Assembly: GCA_013265495.1 (NCBI GenBank)
Contig: MU063738.1
Coordinates: 496,001-560,000, forward strand
Direction of reading: 5' to 3'
Length of the DNA stretch: 64,000 nt
DNA from: Vicugna vicugna
Lineage: Eukaryota
In this document: in pieces, positions 34,961 through 48,019 of the stretch
Position numbering within the stretch: the stretch's first letter is position 1
Layout: the number at the start of each line of letters is the position of its first letter
Notes under the pieces: generated by a model
Told to the model about the DNA's origin: nothing
Database searches by the model: none
The model's input: only the letters and a program-made list of their open reading frames with translations
Made by a program: the position numbers and the translations under genes

Positions 34961-36855
34961 GCACTCTGACCCAGGAGGAAGGAGGCGGAGGAGATTCGAG
35001 TCTGAGGCCAGAGGTGGACACATGACTTCGAGGTTACTTTTGCCTTTAAACCAGGAGCCTGTGGGATCAGGCGGCGTTCCCGGGAAACGAAGCCATGACC
35101 GGTCCAGCTGAGCTCTGATTCAAAGCTGAGCGGGCAGCCCTGGAGCCTGGCTCCCCGAAGGCCCTCCTGGCACCCCCTTTGCCCAGGTCTCGTCCTGCCA
35201 GGCTAGGCTGTTCACTTACGTGGGAGCCTGTGGATCCTACAGGTGCCTCTTGCTGAATCGAAACCATTTCCAAGCACCTTGTGGGCCCTGCTCACCTGCC
35301 TCGAGGAAGCCAAAACTGCCGTCCCCCACTTCACACAGGGAAACCCTGAGGCCCAGAGAGGTTCGAGTCTTGTCCAAGCTCCTCCACCGTGAGTGATAAG
35401 CAAGAACTGGGCTTCCTTCCTCTGACTCCACGGTCTTAATCAGCCCGGATAGGGTTGGCGAATGGGGATGGCGTGGGCTCGGGGCAGCAGGTGCCCCACC
35501 CACCCGGCGCCCTGCTAGGGTGTGGAAATTAAACTGCTTGTCCCTCCGTAGCCAGAAGCCATGTGTCCTCCTTCAGGGCACTCCCTTTCCCACGCGCTTC
35601 CTCACTGTTAGAGGCTCTTGGACGCTTTTGTAGACCTTTCCCCAGAGCCGCGTGCGCAGTCACGTGTACCTGTGTGCTTTCAGCCCGGCTGTGGCTCAGG
35701 GTTAGGAGCCTCGCCTGCCTCGTCCTGAGCCTCGGCCTTGGGTGTTGGGCTCTCACGTCCAAGGGCCACGGTGAAGGAACTTGGCTGACTCGGGAAGATG
35801 AGGGGGAACCCACTTCGTTCAGCGGAGACCTTGGGGGCCCCGTGCAGACTCTCGGGCTCTGAGTGAGGAGCCGTCATGCTCTGTGCCGTGGCTGATGGTC
35901 AGAGCCACTGACCTCTACCGGGCCCGAGGCAAACCATTCCTCCCACCTGGTGGAAGAAAGTGGTGGCAGAAGGAACAAGGCTGTCCCCCGGGTTCAAGGC
36001 TGAGAGGGCCCCAGCTCCTCCAGCCTGTGTCTGGGGTGGTGGGGGGCGGGGAGCAGGTGTGCTACACGTGAACGTGGAGGTGAGGAGGTGACCTTGAAGG
36101 GAGGTTGGTCTGGCCTTGTTTGAGGCCTGTGGCCAGTTTAGAACAATCTTAGAGACACTTTAGAGGGAGAAGTGAAAATTACTAGAATTTTGAAATGGGT
36201 CATGGGAAATGGAATTGCAGTCAACTCCTAGTTACTGAGTAAACGTTCACGAAAGCTGCACGGACGTGGTTCCTCTCCCAGGGAGTGCTCAGTCTAGTGG
36301 GGAGACTCGTAAGTCAGCAGACAAGACGGTGGGGGCATCCTCCTACAAGTGGGGTTCAGTGCAGGAAAACCCAGAAATCGCTTGGTGTGCATTGCATTTG
36401 GGGCATGGCCTGATTTACCCCCCCCCCCATTTTGATGTGAATATTACTACCAGTGTGCAAACGTGTGTACTTCCCTCGACGGTTCACCACGACCTCCTCA
36501 GGTCCCTTGCTGAGCCGGTGATTGTTTTGCTCCATCGCTCCAGCAAAGGGGCTTCAGGTCCCGCAGAGATGTGGGTCAGGCGTCAGGAAGCGTTTTCTCC
36601 ATCCAGGTTGAGAGGCCTCGAGACTGCCTGAGCAGGACGGGAGAGTCCAGCTGCGGGGTGGACACCAGGCTTGGTTACAGCCTGTCCGGCCTGAAAGCAA
36701 GGGACACACAGGGGGTGCCGGGACCCCGAGAGCACCTGAGGGGCTCTGGCCTGGCCTGTGCCGTATCCTCGCAGCCTTCTGGTCTGTGGCTGTCTGGGCC
36801 GGCACATCTGGGTCCTGGTGACTTTGCCCCTTTGCCGATTCTGACCCTCCTTCAG

Positions 36856-39142
36856 TCAGGACAGTTTAACGAGGACATGATCCCCACCGTGGGCTTCAAC
36901 ATGCGCAAGATCACCAAGGGGAATGTGACCATCAAGGTGAGTGTCCAGGAGCGGGACCCTGGATGCACGCACTTGCGTGTGCATGCGCGCATGTGTGTGT
37001 GCACGTGCATGTGTGCTTGAGTGTGCGTGTGCATGCTTGCGTGTGTGTGTGTGTGTTTGTGTGTGTATATGCGTGTTGGGTGGGGCCGAGGGGCTGCGGG
37101 AGGCGCCTGAGGCCCTGGAGGAGAAGCTGAAGGAAAGCAGAGGCTTGGGTCCAACCAGGTAGTTGGAAGAAGAGAACAGGAGACGTGAGGAGGCAGAGGG
37201 ACCTGGAGAGAGGAGGAACCCCGGGCGGGGGTGGTGCAGGGCGCTTGGGAGCCATGGTGGGTTTGGATGCCTGCCTGCCGCTGAGACCGTCTCCCCTCCT
37301 CTTGCTCAGCTCTGGGACATCGGGGGACAGCCTCGCTTCCGCAGCATGTGGGAGCGCTACTGCCGAGGAGTGAGTGCCATCGTGTAAGTGTCCGGCAGGG
37401 CTGCAGGGACCTCTGGCACAGAACCAGATCGGGCACAGTCCTTGGCCTGTGGCTCACGGCCGCACACAGCTGCCTTTGCTTTGAGGGGCGCTCTGGGCAC
37501 CCACTGGCCAGTTTGAGAACCAGAGCATCAGCCCCCAGAAGGGCCTGTGTGTCCGCACCTGCCTGCCTCCCCCAGCCCAAGCTCACCCTCTCCCGAATTT
37601 TGTGTGACTTGATGGTTCGTTCCCTTGCTTTTTATGTTTTATTTTATTGTTTTCAGCAGAGGTGCTGGGCTGGAACCCTGAGCCGCCCCCCCACCCCCTC
37701 GCTCTTTGAAAGCAGCTTTATCCTACGGACATGGGCCCAAACGAAGCATTGTTTAGTTTCCGTTGCTCTTAACCTGATTTTTGAACAGCGTCTTGATGCG
37801 GGGAGGTCTTCTGGGGCTTGCTTTGCCGTTCTCCCCTGCCTTACCTCGTCCTCCCATGGGAAGGAAGAGGGTCGCTGTGGGAAGGACGTGGGGGGCTTCC
37901 CCAGGGGCCCTTGGAGGCGCCTGCAGACCTCACTCCCATCGGCCTTGAGCCGCCTGGGTGGCCTGTGGCCCAGGGTGACCAGCCAGAGCAGTGTTTTCTC
38001 TTCCAAGCAGGAGCCCCTTCTCCCCTCATCTCTCAGCTGTGGTGTCAACGTGCTTGTCTCCACCCTGCTGTCCCCAGGTACATGGTGGACGCCGCTGACC
38101 AAGAGAAGATCGAGGCCTCCAAGAATGAGCTCCACAACCTGCTGGACAAGCCCCAGCTGCAGGGCATCCCGGTCAGCCCCCGGGGCGGGGGGGCCCTGGG
38201 GGAGGACGCTTGCTGCAGAGTTGGGGGGGCAGATGTGGACCAGGCACTGTGGGGGGAGGCAACAGGGCTGTGGAAGCCAGCCCCCTGGACAGCCTGGCCG
38301 GAGCTGCCCTGGAGCGAGCCCTTGTGTTCTCCCCCTGCAGGTCTTAGTCCTGGGTAACAAGCGAGACCTCCCAGGAGCCTTGGATGAGAAGGAGCTGATT
38401 GAGAAAATGTGAGCTTGGTGACTCCTCCCTGTCCTTCCTCCCCGCTCTCCAGACTCCCCAGGCTGGGCGCAGAGGGCTGGCTGCCGGTCTCAGCGTTTGC
38501 CGCACGGTGGCGGCAGAGCGCACCATCCCGAGCCTTGCCCCTCACACGGGCCTCCAGCGCAGGCTCCCACCTGCCCCAGGCCCCCTGGGTGGTTGCCGCC
38601 TAGGCAGACTCCTCTGGTTTCCCGCAGGAATCTGTCCGCCATCCAGGACCGAGAGATCTGCTGCTACTCCATCTCCTGCAAAGAGAAGGACAACATTGGT
38701 GCGTGGGTTTGGGGGCAGTGCTGCATTGAGGGGCATGGTGGGGGTGGGAGGGGAAAGCACTTGGATGCTTTGGAGCCCAGAGCTCTGTGGTTCTCCTGGG
38801 TTGGGACAGGCAGCAGGAGGCCCGGATTCTGAGCATCACCCCAGCTCTGCCATCATCTGGTGTGTGATCTTGGCCAGTCCTCCCTCCTTGGGGCTCACTC
38901 CCCACCCACTCGTGAGGTATCAAGGTCAGACCAGGTGATTCCAGGCCCCTTCCAGCTCCAAGGGACATGGTTTGTGGCTCCCGTGGCTCTGTCTCTTTCA
39001 CAGCACCAGACACCCCCAGGGTTGACCCCAGCTGCAGTTCAGAAAGCCTGAGCCCCCTCCAGAAGCCCTGTAACCTCCTCTCTCCCCCCCAGACATCACC
39101 CTACAGTGGCTTATCCAGCACTCAAAGTCACGGAGACGCTGA
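36856..39142 (+). CDS. ARL8A: ADP-ribosylation factor-like protein 8A, exons 2-7 (exon 1 in gap)
   Basis: Exons 36856-36936, 37310-37383, 38078-38171, 38341-38408, 38628-38698, 39093-39142: [41 protein letters not shown], ends [16 protein letters not shown]. 438 nt plus the expected 123-nt exon 1 gives 186 aa. Synteny favours ARL8A over ARL8B. Confidence 0.95.
36965..37075 (+). repeat. Imperfect (GT)n / (GC)(GT) microsatellite in ARL8A intron 2
   Basis: gcgtgtgcatgcgcgcatgtgtgtgtgcacgtg...gtgtgtgtgtgtgtgtttgtgtgtgtat. Confidence 0.8.
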
Positions 39143-39912
39143 GGCTGCTGCCCGCCCCCTCGGACCAGGGACGCCGCGCTCCCGCCCCGCCCCCACCCCC
39201 CCAAGCCCACCCCTGGTACTCAGCCTGGGGAGGGGCCCTCTGGGGGGTCCCAGAGTCCTGCTCTGCTGAGGTTTGAACTCCTGATTTTACTGAAAAACTT
39301 CTGTTGTTGTCCTGTGTGTACAGTATATATATGTATATATATTTTAATTTTTTAATTTAAGCAAAGACTAAAATCACCCATGTGATGCTGCAGGGGCCTG
39401 TCAGGGTCGGGGGGACGTCCGGAGACGGGGAGAGTGCTGCGGGCTTGGCTGGGGCAGGTTCAGGTCAGGACAGGCAAGGCTGCCCGGGGCAGGTGGCCGT
39501 CCCCCAGTCCCTGTCCCCGCAGTGCTTGACTGACAGGCCGACGGGAGCCTCTGGAGGCGCCCGCTCTGTCCTAGCCTCCGCGTGGCCGCCAGGCACGCCC
39601 AGGTGCCAGAGATCGCTGGCCGAAGGGGCGGGAGGCCAGCGTGCGAGGCCCCCCGGCAGCCCCCGGCTCCTGCCCCTCCCCGGGCCCCCACCTCCACGGG
39701 CCGCCTCATTTTCTGTTCTCATTTTGCAGAGTTGCACACGGAGAGAACTCAGCACGGGGGGTTGGTTCTTTGGGTTTGTTTTTTGTTTGTTGGTTTAATT
39801 TAATGGTTTGTAAAGTGACTCTCTTCCTTTTTACACTTTCAGCTCATATTTAACCTCTGTTTGGAAAATGATTCTTGTAACTGTACTTTTTTTGCCTCCT
39901 AACAACAATGAG

Positions 39913-39918
39913 AATAAA
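39913..39918 (+). terminator. Polyadenylation signal of ARL8A
   Basis: AATAAA at the end of an AU-rich 3'UTR block (39770-39920). Confidence 0.75.
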
Positions 39919-42871
39919 TGACGGTTTTGTGTTGGGGGGTGCGTGGTGCGGGCTATTTCCGTGGGTGGCGTGGGACGACGGCCAGCCCGGGGACCCGGCC
40001 CCCCTGCCCCGGCGCACACAGCGGAGGGAGGCACGCGCTCACCCGGGCTCACAATGGCCCTTCACAGAGCCGCCCAGCGTGTGCTCCGGCTGCCCCCATC
40101 CCGCCGCCTCCTCTGGTCAGACTCCAAGCCAGCAGCTTAGCTGGGCCATGGTGGCAGGAGTGCGGGGCCACACCCATTTCCTCAGATTCTGGTCGGGGGG
40201 TAAGGGCTCCACCTGCAGCCAGAGACGCTGGAGCCAGTGAACTGTTGGAGAGGGCGGGGGGCTTCCCCTCTGCAGCCTCTCTGTCGGTGTCTGGCTGCTG
40301 GTTTTGGGGAGAGGCCATACCCTCCCTCCTCTGCCCACCCCCTCCTCTCCCTGCCCAGACTTAAAGCTGGTCCCTCTGGCTGCCTGCAGCTGCAGCCTCA
40401 GAGCCTTGCGGGCCCTGCTGCTCAGGGCCCTGCTGCTCAAATCCGGGGCCATCTTGACCCAGTTTGACTGTAAGCCCCGCCCCCAGCTCCCCTCCGCCCC
40501 GCATGGAGCGGCCCTGCTGAAGGCCCATCGGCTCCCCCACCTCTGCAGGAGGGAGGCCGGACCCTCGGTCCTGGGAGCGGGGCCCACCCTGCTGGCTCCT
40601 GAGCTTCACCAGCCTTCCTTGGTGCTTCCTCCTGGAGGCACCTTCGGGCCCCAGGCGCAGGGAGAGAGGACCTGCCTGGAGAGGGCGTTTGCTCCCCGCT
40701 GCCGCAAGTCTGGGGGAAAAGTGGATGGAGTCTGGCAGGTGGAGCTACCTGACTACAGGGCGCCTTACAGTGCGTGCCCCCGGGCTGAGGAGCTTGGCGC
40801 TGGGGCCAGGCTGTCCCCTGGGTGCTCCTGGCTTCGAGGTGGTAGGGGACGCCGTGGCCTGGGGGGCTGGGGCAGGACTGACAGTCTCACTGATCCTGGG
40901 AGCAGGGCGGGCACCTTCAGGGCTGACCTGCCTTTCTCGTGCTGTGTCCTCTGATGAGAGCGAGGCCTGAGATGAGACAGGAGGAGCTGGTTACCGGCAA
41001 GCAGGTGTCCTGCCGCGGAGCCTGGTATCACAGACCGTGCATGTGCGTGTCCCGCTGCACACGCACTGCCCGGGCCCAGCCTGCTCTGCGGTTCTGGAGA
41101 GTTAACTCCCGGGGTGGGGAGAAGGGGAAGGTGCCGGGCGTCGTGCCAGGGGCTGGATGTATCGCCTCCTGTTCAGCGACTCCAGGCCCTGTGAGGGGTT
41201 ATTCCACATTCTACCAATGGGGTCCAGTGGCCGGGTCCGTTGACCAGGGGGAGGCGATTCTTGCTGCAAGTGCAGGGCTGGGGGTGGGGGTGGGGGGCTC
41301 AGTGGGTTGGTCCCTCCCCATGGCTGGCATCAGGGTCTGAGAACTGTCCCCTCAAGTCCAGCTCAAGGCCTCTGCTCACCACTGCCAGCCTGCCCCTCCA
41401 CCCCAGGCCCGGGACCCCTAAGCGACAAGCGCTGCATTGTTCCCCCAGCTGGCCCGGCCAGCGGGACAGTGGCTCTTTCCCAAGGCCTGCTGGCCTGCTG
41501 ACTGAATCTGCAAGCCCCTCGCGTTGCTGGGCCCTGGGCGGTGGTGGTGCCGGGCCTCGGAGCGCACGTCTCCTCTCTTGGGCTCTGAGCCGGCCAACTA
41601 GCCGCCGGGAGAGGCAGGGGGTGCCCTTTGTGGCAGAGCCCCTGAGACAGGATGTAGAGGTGCCCCCGCCCCTCCTGTCAGCCTCCCATCCTCAGGCCTC
41701 GTGTCCCAACTTCACCCCGGCCCCCTCCTATGTCCGGTAGGAAGCTGCTGGTATGGCCAGGATTGGGGGGGTCAGGGGGAGAGGGAGTGTGGGGGGTGAT
41801 GCAGAGGAAAACAAGCCCCTCTTCGGACCCCTCTCCAACTTGCTCCCCCCACCTGCCTCCTTTCTGCAGACGAAGCAGGTGGGTGGGGGGCTTCAGTCCC
41901 TGTGGCAGTAGGTCTGCCGAGAAACAAGGGGTGTCATTCCCAGCACAAAGAGTGCGTGCTCGCAGCGCCATCACCTAGCAACCGCCTCCCTCTTGGCGTC
42001 GCCCGTCCTGGGGGTGGGTGCCAGGGAGAGAGAACAAGGCCGTTAAGATCTCCAGGAGAGGGGGAAGGAGGCTTGGGGCGGGGCAGGCTGGGCGTGGGTG
42101 GGGTGGACAGAGGAGAATGGATCCAGGGCACCGGCGACTCCTGCGCCTCAGTGTCCCTGGCCCTGGGGACCCTCCTGCGACCCCACACAGGTGTTCTCGG
42201 CGGGGCTGGCAGTGGAAGTCACTGTGGGACCCAGGGCTGCACTTCAGACAGGAAGGGTGGGCTTGCGGGGCGGGGAGTGGTCAGTGGCCTAGGCCGAGGC
42301 ATCCGTCTAACTGACCCTGTGCCAACTTCTCTGGCCCCAGATGGCGAAGGGGCCTCTGGAAAGGGCTGGAGGAGCAGCAAGAGGAACGAGTCTGCGGGGG
42401 CGTCGATGGAGCGCTGGCTGCCAGGAAGCGGGTGGGGTGGGGGCAGGCAAGGGGCAGGCAGCTGGGCCATCCGCAGGCCGAACAGTCTGTTCTAAGAAGC
42501 TGAACAAGAATGGCTCTCAGAGTCAGTGAGGCTGGAAGCCCCGGCTTCATGGAGGGAAGGCTGCTGGCTTCCCTCAAATGGGGGCTTTGTGGGGAAGGAG
42601 GAGCAGCGGCGGGGGCTCCAGTGGGGACAAGTTTGCAGCCTTTGGCTCCCCGGGGACGGCTGGGCTGAGGCCAGCATGAGGACGTGGTGCCCCAGCTCCC
42701 AGCCCTCCATCCACTCTGCCTCTCGAAAGCCACAGGCCTCGGGCTGGACCAGACACAGGCCACAGGCAGGGAAGGGCCAGAGGTGGCCAGGAGGGGAAGG
42801 CCCAGGTGCATCGGGCACTGCCAGAATGTGGCACAAGAAAGTCCCGGGGGCACAGGGGCGGATCTACCTAG

Positions 42872-42877
42872 TTTATT
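42872..42877 (-). terminator. Candidate proximal polyadenylation signal of GPR37L1
   Basis: tttatt on + strand, about 500 nt after the stop. Confidence 0.5.
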
Positions 42878-43380
42878 GTTTTCCAGGGAGGGCCTTCTGT
42901 GGGGGAGCACCCCGCAGGGGCTGGGGACGGGGCCACCGGGATACATCAAAGAAGGATGGAGAAGGAAATCCTCCCAGAGAAGGGATGGCGCCTGAGGAGA
43001 TGTCCAGGGCTGGGATGGGTCCGGTCCGGAGGACAGCCCAGTCGCTGGCCTGCAAGAGCCTCGTCCAGGATGGGTGATGATGGGGCACAAGCCGGGCTCC
43101 AGATGGAGAGAGGGACTGGGGCTGGACCAGGCCAGGCTCTGCCCTCCGGCTGGGGGGTGCAGAGTTTCTGGGCAGCTCTAGGGACCGGAGGCACCACCGC
43201 CCACCAGTGAGAGGACGGGCGGGCAGGCCCCAGCGTGTCTGGGAAGGGGGCTCAGGGAGGGGGCTCCCACACACCTGGACCCCAGCAAGAGGCACCAAAT
43301 CCATCTCTGTACAGAGGGACAGACAGAAAAGCAGGACCCGTGGGGACGGAGCTCCCTCCCGACCCCAGGCCATCCAGGCC

Positions 43381-46300
43381 TCAGCAGGGCGTGCCCAGGG
43401 CCAGGAGTGGCGGCGACTCCCTGGGCTTGTGGAAGTAGACGGGGGCGGACAGCTCCTCCGTCTTGAGCTTGCCGTCCGGGCCGGCGGCGGCTGCGGCCCC
43501 CCCACAGCCCTGGCAGCAGCAGCAGCAGCAGTCCAGGAAGGCGCGGCCCAGCGGCCGGCACACGCACAGGAGGAGCACGGGCGTGACGGCGGCCCTGAAG
43601 AAGGAGGAGAACTGGGTGACGAGGCCCAGGAGGTCCAGGGTCCGGCGGGTCAGCGCGGCCGACAGGTAGGCCGCCACGACGTTGCACACGTTCTCGGGGA
43701 GGGTGCAGAGAGCGTAGACGGCCGTCAGGCCCATGACGGTGCTGCTGAGCTGGCCCTCACCCTGCTCCTGCCGGCCCGCCCGGCACTCAGGCCTCCTGCC
43801 CGGGGGGCCCCGCACCCGCCACGTCACCAGCTGGCAGGTGACCGTGAAGAGGACGGGCAGGCAGAAGTAGCAGCCAAAGGACCACCAGGTGCGAGCGTTC
43901 TGGTAGGTCATGACCAGCGAGTACAGGGACTCAGGCAGGCGGGCCGAGGGCTTCATGACGCACGAGTCCACCGTGCCCCCGGTGGGGCCTGGCTCCTGCA
44001 CCAGATGCCACAGCAGGAGCTCGGGCACGGCCAACGTCATGGAGCCCACCCAGATGACCGCCAGCTTGGCCAGGATGGATGGGCACGGTTCGACGAGCCT
44101 CGCCTTGGGCAGGGTGCTGGTGGCTACGTGGAAGCGGTCGATGCCCAGGGCACAGAGGCTGAAGGTGGTGACACCCAAGGAGGAGACCTGCGGGCAGGCA
44201 TGGAGCAAGAGGCGAGGGCTCAGCCCCGGGCCGCTGAGGGGCCGGCTTCCAGCCCGGGGAGACCAAGAGCTGGTGGCAGGCGTGGGACAGACAGCGGTAA
44301 CTCCACTGGGCAGGGAGCACTTCCCACCCACCTCCTGTCACCCTCAGGTCTCATGGCCCACGTGTCACAGGACAACCTGCGCCCATGCAGGACCAGGGAC
44401 GTGGCGGCAGCAGAGCTCAGGTCTCCACACAGGACGCCTCTCTTGCCACCTGCCTCCTCGCCTCTGGGGCCAGGGTGAGCGGCCTGGGTCCCACAAACCT
44501 CGTGCTCCCTGAGACTTTGGGAAACTGTCTCTGAGGACGAACACAGATATGAATGGGGCGTCCTGGGTCCTCTGTCCCCTCACTGTCGACGTGCATGGAG
44601 CGAGCAGCCTGGGGGATGTGGGGGCACACTCATTCACACTCACACACACACACGCGTGCTCACTCTCGTACTTACGCTCTTACACTCATACTCACATCCA
44701 CACACTTACACTCTCGGTCCCTCCTGCCCCGCCCGAGAAGCCCGGGGCCGGAGCCCTGCAGAGAAGCAGCCCCTCCAGGCCGGCCTGAGCCCACATGCTG
44801 GTCACGGAAGCCCACCTTGGGAGCAGAGGAGCGCAGCAGCAGGGAAGGCAGCCAGAGAGGAGGAAGGCCTCCAGCTCAGGGGGCGTCCGGCCACGCCCGG
44901 AGCTTGTGCTCAGAACCCCGTCGGTCCAGGCTCTTCCCTCCCGGCCGGGGCGGCACAGGCCGCTGCGTGTTAGCGCCGGCTGCCTCCGAGTGAGTGTACT
45001 CTGTGGGAAACCCCCCATCCTGGCAGGCTGGGGCAAGAACACCACTCTCTCCCACATCTCAGGAAGTACCCACTCGCCACCCAGCTCTTCCCTGGCCCTC
45101 CGGGGGCCTCCGTTCAAAAGGGACGGGGGTCACGTTTTGTCCCTTGACGCCCACCCGTCACCAAGCTCCGTCAGCTCCTGGGTCACTCAGTCCCCCAGTC
45201 CGTGGAGGGGCCCGCCTCGGGGATATAGGTGGCTGAGCCCCACCATCCGGCAGGGCTGGGCTCCCCTGGCCACCAGCCACACGCAGGCAAGTGCTCATAC
45301 GTGTCTGCTCTCCCCTCCTGTTCTCAGACCTTTCCCAGGAAAAGCCACCACAGTCGAATCACTCTAATTCAGAGCACTTGGTGACATCGCACATGCAATC
45401 CTTCAGAAGTCCGCTCAGCCCTGTGACGATCATCCCCCGTTCACAGGGGAGGAGGCGGAGGCTGAGCTGGTCGAGCGACTTGCTGAGGGCACTCAGCCGG
45501 TCAGGGGCAAAGCCCAGCTTCTGTCCAGTCTGCCCAGCTCCAAGGCCCCGGCCTGACCTCCCGCAGCGCACCTGGGCTCTGAGCTTCCGAGGGCCAAGGC
45601 TGTGCCCGGCTGCAGGGACTTCCTTCAGGTGTGAGCGCCTCTGGGCCCCAGTAGGTGGTCTCTCCGGGCTGGGAAGGGCGCAGACCACTGAGCCCGAGGG
45701 CTTGTTCGTCTGTGGACTCGTCCCTAGCCGCAGTGGCCGGGGACAGAGCCGGGACCGGGACTGCGTCCACGTGCCTCTTCCGAGTCCCCCCCCCCACCGT
45801 GTCGCACAACACCCTCCACTCCAGGAGGAACGGCAGCCCCCGTGGGGCGGCCGCGGTCACTCCAGCCCTCACTGTGACCCTGCACACAACCGAAATCTGC
45901 TGGGCTGCTCGTCTGACCCGTCCCTACACAGATGAGGCGGCCTTGCTGCACCTCGCACCAGTGCACACGCTCTGGTCTCTTCTCATTCTTTTGCGTAAGC
46001 TGTCTCCTTGCCGTCTACAGGTCCACCCACACCCATGCGCTCATCCCAGCAGGGAAGTTCCCCGCGGTGAGGGCAGTGGCCCACCTTGGAACCACAGAGC
46101 AACACAGCTGCGAGTGTCGCCTGGCCCACCTCGGTCGGGAGCCAGGGAACTGGAGAGGAGCCGTGACCAGCCCAGTAAACCCCGTACGCCAGTGACGGGG
46201 CTGCCCTAGGGCGCCCACCCGCAGCTCCGGCCCCCAGAGCCAGCCCTCCCCTTTCAGAGAGGATCGAGGAGGTGGCTGATGGAGACGCCAGCAACCATCG

Positions 46301-47343
46301 CAGTGAGGAGCCACCCTTCCTTCCATGTTGGCATGCGGGGGAGTAGACACTGACTTGACTGGAGGCTGGGGTGGGGGTCTCTAGGAAATGGAGTCTGCCT
46401 TCAGGCACTGCCCAGGGAGGCAGGAGATGAGGGGTGAAGAGGAGCCACAGAGGGAGAGGAAGGAGGCACACAAAGGACAGAGTGATTTCTTGGGTGGAAA
46501 GACGGAGGAGGGTTAAGGCGGGGCAGCGGACCATCAGAGAGGCTGCTCCTGGGCCTGGAACCCAGGGCCCTGCACACCTGGCTGCTGGTTACCTGAGAGC
46601 CACCAAGACCCTCACTGTACTTGCCCCCTGGCCTGACCTGCGGGAGAAGCCAGGCAGCCCCCAGGCCTCCGGGCCTGGCAGCACCCCTGGGCTGCAGGGG
46701 GACTCGCGCTCACCTCCAGGAAGGGCACGGCGCGGCAGGAGACGTCGCCCAGAAGCCGCTGCTTGGTGATCTCGTTGAAGATGACGACCGGGAGACAGAA
46801 GAAGAGGACCAGGAAGTCCCAGAGAGCCAGGCTGGCAAGGATGGAGTTCCAGGCGCTCTTCAAGTAGTAGCTGTGCCAGACGACGCACATGACGGACAGG
46901 CTGCCCACAACGCCCACGGCGAACAGCACCAGGGCGAGCAGCAGGACCGCGTAGGCACCGTAGGAGCCCTCGGTCACCGGGTACAGGGGGTTCTGGATCC
47001 GCAGTCGCCGGCCCGGCATCCCCACCGGGCTTCCCCGCGGCTCCAGCCCACCGCCCAGAGCGCCCCCGTCCCTGTCCGGGCGGGGGCTGGGGGCCACCCA
47101 GGGCTGGGAGGGCTGGGGGTCGGCGGGGGCGATGGGCCGCGGGTACTCCCCCCACTCCTCAGGCACATACTGCTGCGCCTTCTTGGCCTCCTCATCCTCA
47201 GTGCCTCTCCTGGGCCGGCTCTGCTGCTCCCAGGCCCCTGCCCTGGGCTCATCCCAGGGCAGGGTGGCCCCCCTAGAGACTCTGCCCGGCCCCACAGCCA
47301 ACGCCATGGCCAGGGAGACAGCCAGCGGCCACAGCCACCGCAT
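43381..47343 (-). CDS. GPR37L1: G protein-coupled receptor 37-like 1, 478 aa
   Basis: Exon 1 46714-47343 (630 nt, [12 protein letters not shown]...RAVPFLE) and exon 2 43381-44187 (807 nt, [19 protein letters not shown]...CCCCCC...LALGTPC*); GT-AG, phase 0. Confidence 0.97.
44625..44712 (+). repeat. Imperfect (CA)n low-complexity tract in the GPR37L1 intron
   Basis: cactcattcacactcacacacacacacgcgtgctcactctc...cacacttacactc. Confidence 0.7.
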
Positions 47344-48019
47344 GGCCGGACAAGCGGGAGGCAGCTGCCCACGGAGAGATGTGGCAAGGACCCGAGCTCT
47401 GGGCTGACTCGAGACAGGCAGCTGGCCGGTCGGTCCGCCCCCAGTCAGGCGTCTGGCATCGCCAGCCTGCTCCAGCGGACCCGAGCAGCTCCCTCCCGCC
47501 TGGCCAGCTGGTCAGGGCCCTCTGCTGGACACAGAGAACTCTGCGCAGCCCCCCAGGACACCTTGTCAGGCCCCACGGGCGGCAGCACTGGGACCTGGCG
47601 CCCCAGAGGCCAGTTGCCCCAGGGAGCTGCCCCTGCCGAGAGGGGGCACAGCTGCAGGGGTCCCCTGGGGAGGAGGGCAGGGCTCCATCGCACCTCAGGA
47701 GGCAACTCCAGGGCAGCCCCACCACCCAAACTGCATCACCGCCACTTCCTGGCCCCGACGAGGCCCCGCCGTCGACAGCTCTGCAGGGCGTAGCCACTAC
47801 CACCGTGTCTCTGATTAGAAAGGAGGTCGGTCACTGACCACAGACAAAGCCTGCCCGGGCTGGCCCGGCACCTGGATCTGACTCCTGACCTGACCCATCA
47901 ACGTTCTCCGCAGGCGCGAGTCCACCTGCTCACCTGCTCACCACACAGACTCCCCCTGAGGACAGCGACAGTCAAAACCTGAAAACACCACGTTCCGATC
48001 CAGACACAAGACGCACGGA

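Noticed and set aside
37348-38938. 354-aa and 179-aa ORFs in ARL8A
   Set aside because: Intron read-through joined to true ARL8A exons.
40410-40439. 15-bp perfect tandem duplication (gggccctgctgctca x2)
   Set aside because: Intergenic or distal UTR slippage event with no inferable function.
43207-47793. 423-aa and 390-aa + strand ORFs
   Set aside because: Antisense shadows of GC3-rich GPR37L1 exons.
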